Assembly (NCBI RefSeq): GCF_018389705.1
Contig: NZ_CP065581.1
Coordinates: forward strand, 660,001-692,000
Direction of reading: 5' to 3'
From: Mycoplasma mycoides subsp. capri
Lineage (GTDB): Bacteria; Bacillota_I; Bacilli_A; Mycoplasmatales; Mycoplasmataceae
Length of the DNA stretch: 32,000 bases
The notes under the pieces were generated by a model that did not search any database, was not told the origin of the DNA, and saw nothing but the letters and a program-made list of their open reading frames with translations. This document shows, in pieces, positions 30,566 to 32,000 of this stretch. How positions within the stretch are numbered: the stretch's first letter is position 1; every line of letters begins with the position of its first letter. A program made the translations under genes and the position numbers.

Positions 30566-30629
30566 TTTGAAAACAATATCATAAGCATATATAATTTATA
30601 TGTATTAAAAATAATATATAAAGCTAGAA

Positions 30630-30660
30630 GCAAGGTTTTTAATACCTTGCTTTATTTTTT
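30630..30660 (+). terminator. Rho-independent terminator
   Basis: Stem GCAAGGT (30630-30636) / ACCTTGC (30644-30650), then a T-rich run 30651-30660. Confidence 0.7.
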
Positions 30661-30677
30661 CTAAACTAAGGAGTGTT

Positions 30678-31172
30678 ATGAAAGATTTTGAATCACTAAA
30701 GTTTCAAATTAATGAATTAGTTAACAAAGAATTAGAAGTTTTAAATCTAAAAGTTTATCAAATTAATAATCTTACAGAATTTGAAAACGATATGATTCAA
30801 ATACTAGTTGAAGATAGCTTACAAGCTAATAAACCATTAGATTTTGATATTTTAATAAAAGCAAATGATTTAGTTTCAAATAAAATAGATCAACTAATTA
30901 AAACTAAAGATAAATACTTATTAGAAATTTCAAGTAGTGGAATTGAAAAACAAATTAGAAGTCAAGAAGAACTACTCAAAGCTTTAGAACAATGAGTTTA
31001 TGTGCAACTAAATAATGAAATAAAAAAAGTTAAAGAATTTGAAGGTTATGTAACTAAATATAATGATCAAACAAATACATTTACTTTTTCATTTTTTATA
31101 AAAGGTCAAAAAAAGAATTTAGATGTTAAGTTTGATGATATTAAATTTATAAGATATGCAGTTAGATTTTAA
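30678..31172 (+). CDS. rimP: Ribosome maturation factor RimP, 164 aa
   Basis: It sits immediately upstream of nusA with a GGAG RBS. The sequence (..IQILVED....[13 protein letters not shown]...) fits RimP/DUF150. Extended through TGA to TAA at 31170-31172. Confidence 0.85.
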
Positions 31173-31180
31173 GGAGATAT

Positions 31181-32000
31181 ATGCTAAACGGAACAGAATT
31201 ATTAGAATCAATTAAATTAATAGAAAAAGAAAAAGGAATTAGTAAAGAAAGTATTATAAATAGTCTTAAAGAAGGTTTACAAAAAGCTTATGAAAGATTT
31301 TATGATACTGATGCAATTATTAAAATTGATATTAATGAAAATACAGGATTAATTACTATGCATCAAGAATTAAAAGTAGTTGATGATGAACAACTTGATG
31401 ATGATTGATTAGAAATTACACTATCAAAAGCAAAACTAAAAAATCCTGATATTCAAATTGGTGATACTATTTATAAACCAATTGAATTTAGTGAAGAATT
31501 TTCAAGAATGGTAGTTAACCAAGTAAGACAAATTTTTCAACAAAAAATCAGAGAAGCTGAAAGAGCAAGAATTTATGAACAATTTGTTAGTTTAGAAGGT
31601 GAAGTTGTTCAAGCTAAAGTAGTTGGAATGAATAGAGAAAATAATTATGTTTTAGATATTAATGGTACAACTGCTTATTTATGAAAATCAAAAACTATTA
31701 ATAATGAAATTTTTCAAATTAATGAAATTATTGATGTTTATATTGAAGTTGTTGAAAAAGAAAGCAAATTATCTCAAATCTCAATTTCAAGAACTGCTCC
31801 TAATTTTTTAACTAAATTAATTGAAAGAGAAGTTCCAGAAGTAAGAATGGGAATTGTTGAAATCAAAGCTGTTAGTCGTGAACCTGGAAAACGTTCAAAA
31901 GTTGCTGTAATTACTCATAATAATAATGTTGAACCAATTGGAGCTATTATTGGAGTTGGTGGTAATAGAATTAATAGAATTAGTGATATTTTAAAAGGTG
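31181..32000 (+). CDS. nusA: Transcription termination/antitermination factor NusA (5' part; continues beyond the window)
   Basis: N-terminal domain LLESIKLIEKEKGISKE, S1 domain GEVVQAKVVG, KH region PGKRSKVAV...EPIGAIIGVGGNRI. AGGAG RBS. Frame checked through 31860 (TGA only) and read as open to the window edge. Confidence 0.95.

Noticed and set aside
30586-30603. AT palindrome CATATATAATTTATATG downstream of the nitroreductase gene
   Set aside because: It is a pure A/T palindrome of a kind expected by chance in this composition. A clear GC-containing terminator follows at 30630-30660.

Overview
This is an AT-rich Mollicutes-type chromosomal segment. By eye it is about a quarter G+C, and gene content and order resemble the Mycoplasma mycoides/capricolum group. 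It must be read with genetic code 4 (TGA = Trp). The supplied standard-code ORF track splits tkt, trmFO, trpS, cdsA, polC, rmuC and others at TGA; I rejoined the pieces and checked most of the junction gaps codon by codon for TAA/TAG.

Core housekeeping genes:
- 11.0-15.7 kb, minus strand: yneF, tkt, a ynzC-like small protein, an ECF S-component-like membrane protein, trmFO.
- 19.0-20.1 kb: rmuC.
- 22-32 kb: trpS, an M24 Xaa-Pro peptidase, cdsA, polC, a nitroreductase, rimP, and the 5' part of nusA.

Accessory, surface-oriented genes:
- a DUF285 repeat protein
- three lipoproteins, one of 1000 aa with a transglutaminase-like Cys/His/Asp core
- an AlbA_2/HATPase_c_4/wHTH regulator-like protein
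- a disrupted alpha/beta hydrolase
- a short SNF2-type helicase
- a membrane-anchored papain-like (C1) peptidase
- a tail-anchored protein with an HNH-like motif

Most unusual non-coding signals:
1. 120-820: three tandem ~234-bp promoter-to-terminator cassettes share a conserved scaffold but carry different GC-rich cores. I read them as a candidate modular small-RNA array.
2. 4645-4820: nine copies of a TAC(C/A)AACACTTAT box, phased at 12/20/30 bp, sit on and upstream of the promoter of the AlbA_2 regulator gene.
3. 15832-15937: an orphan structured element of about 47% GC has its own promoter-like and terminator signals.

I saw no rRNA, tRNA, CRISPR array or IS element. All functional calls rest on motif recognition from memory; no database search was possible.
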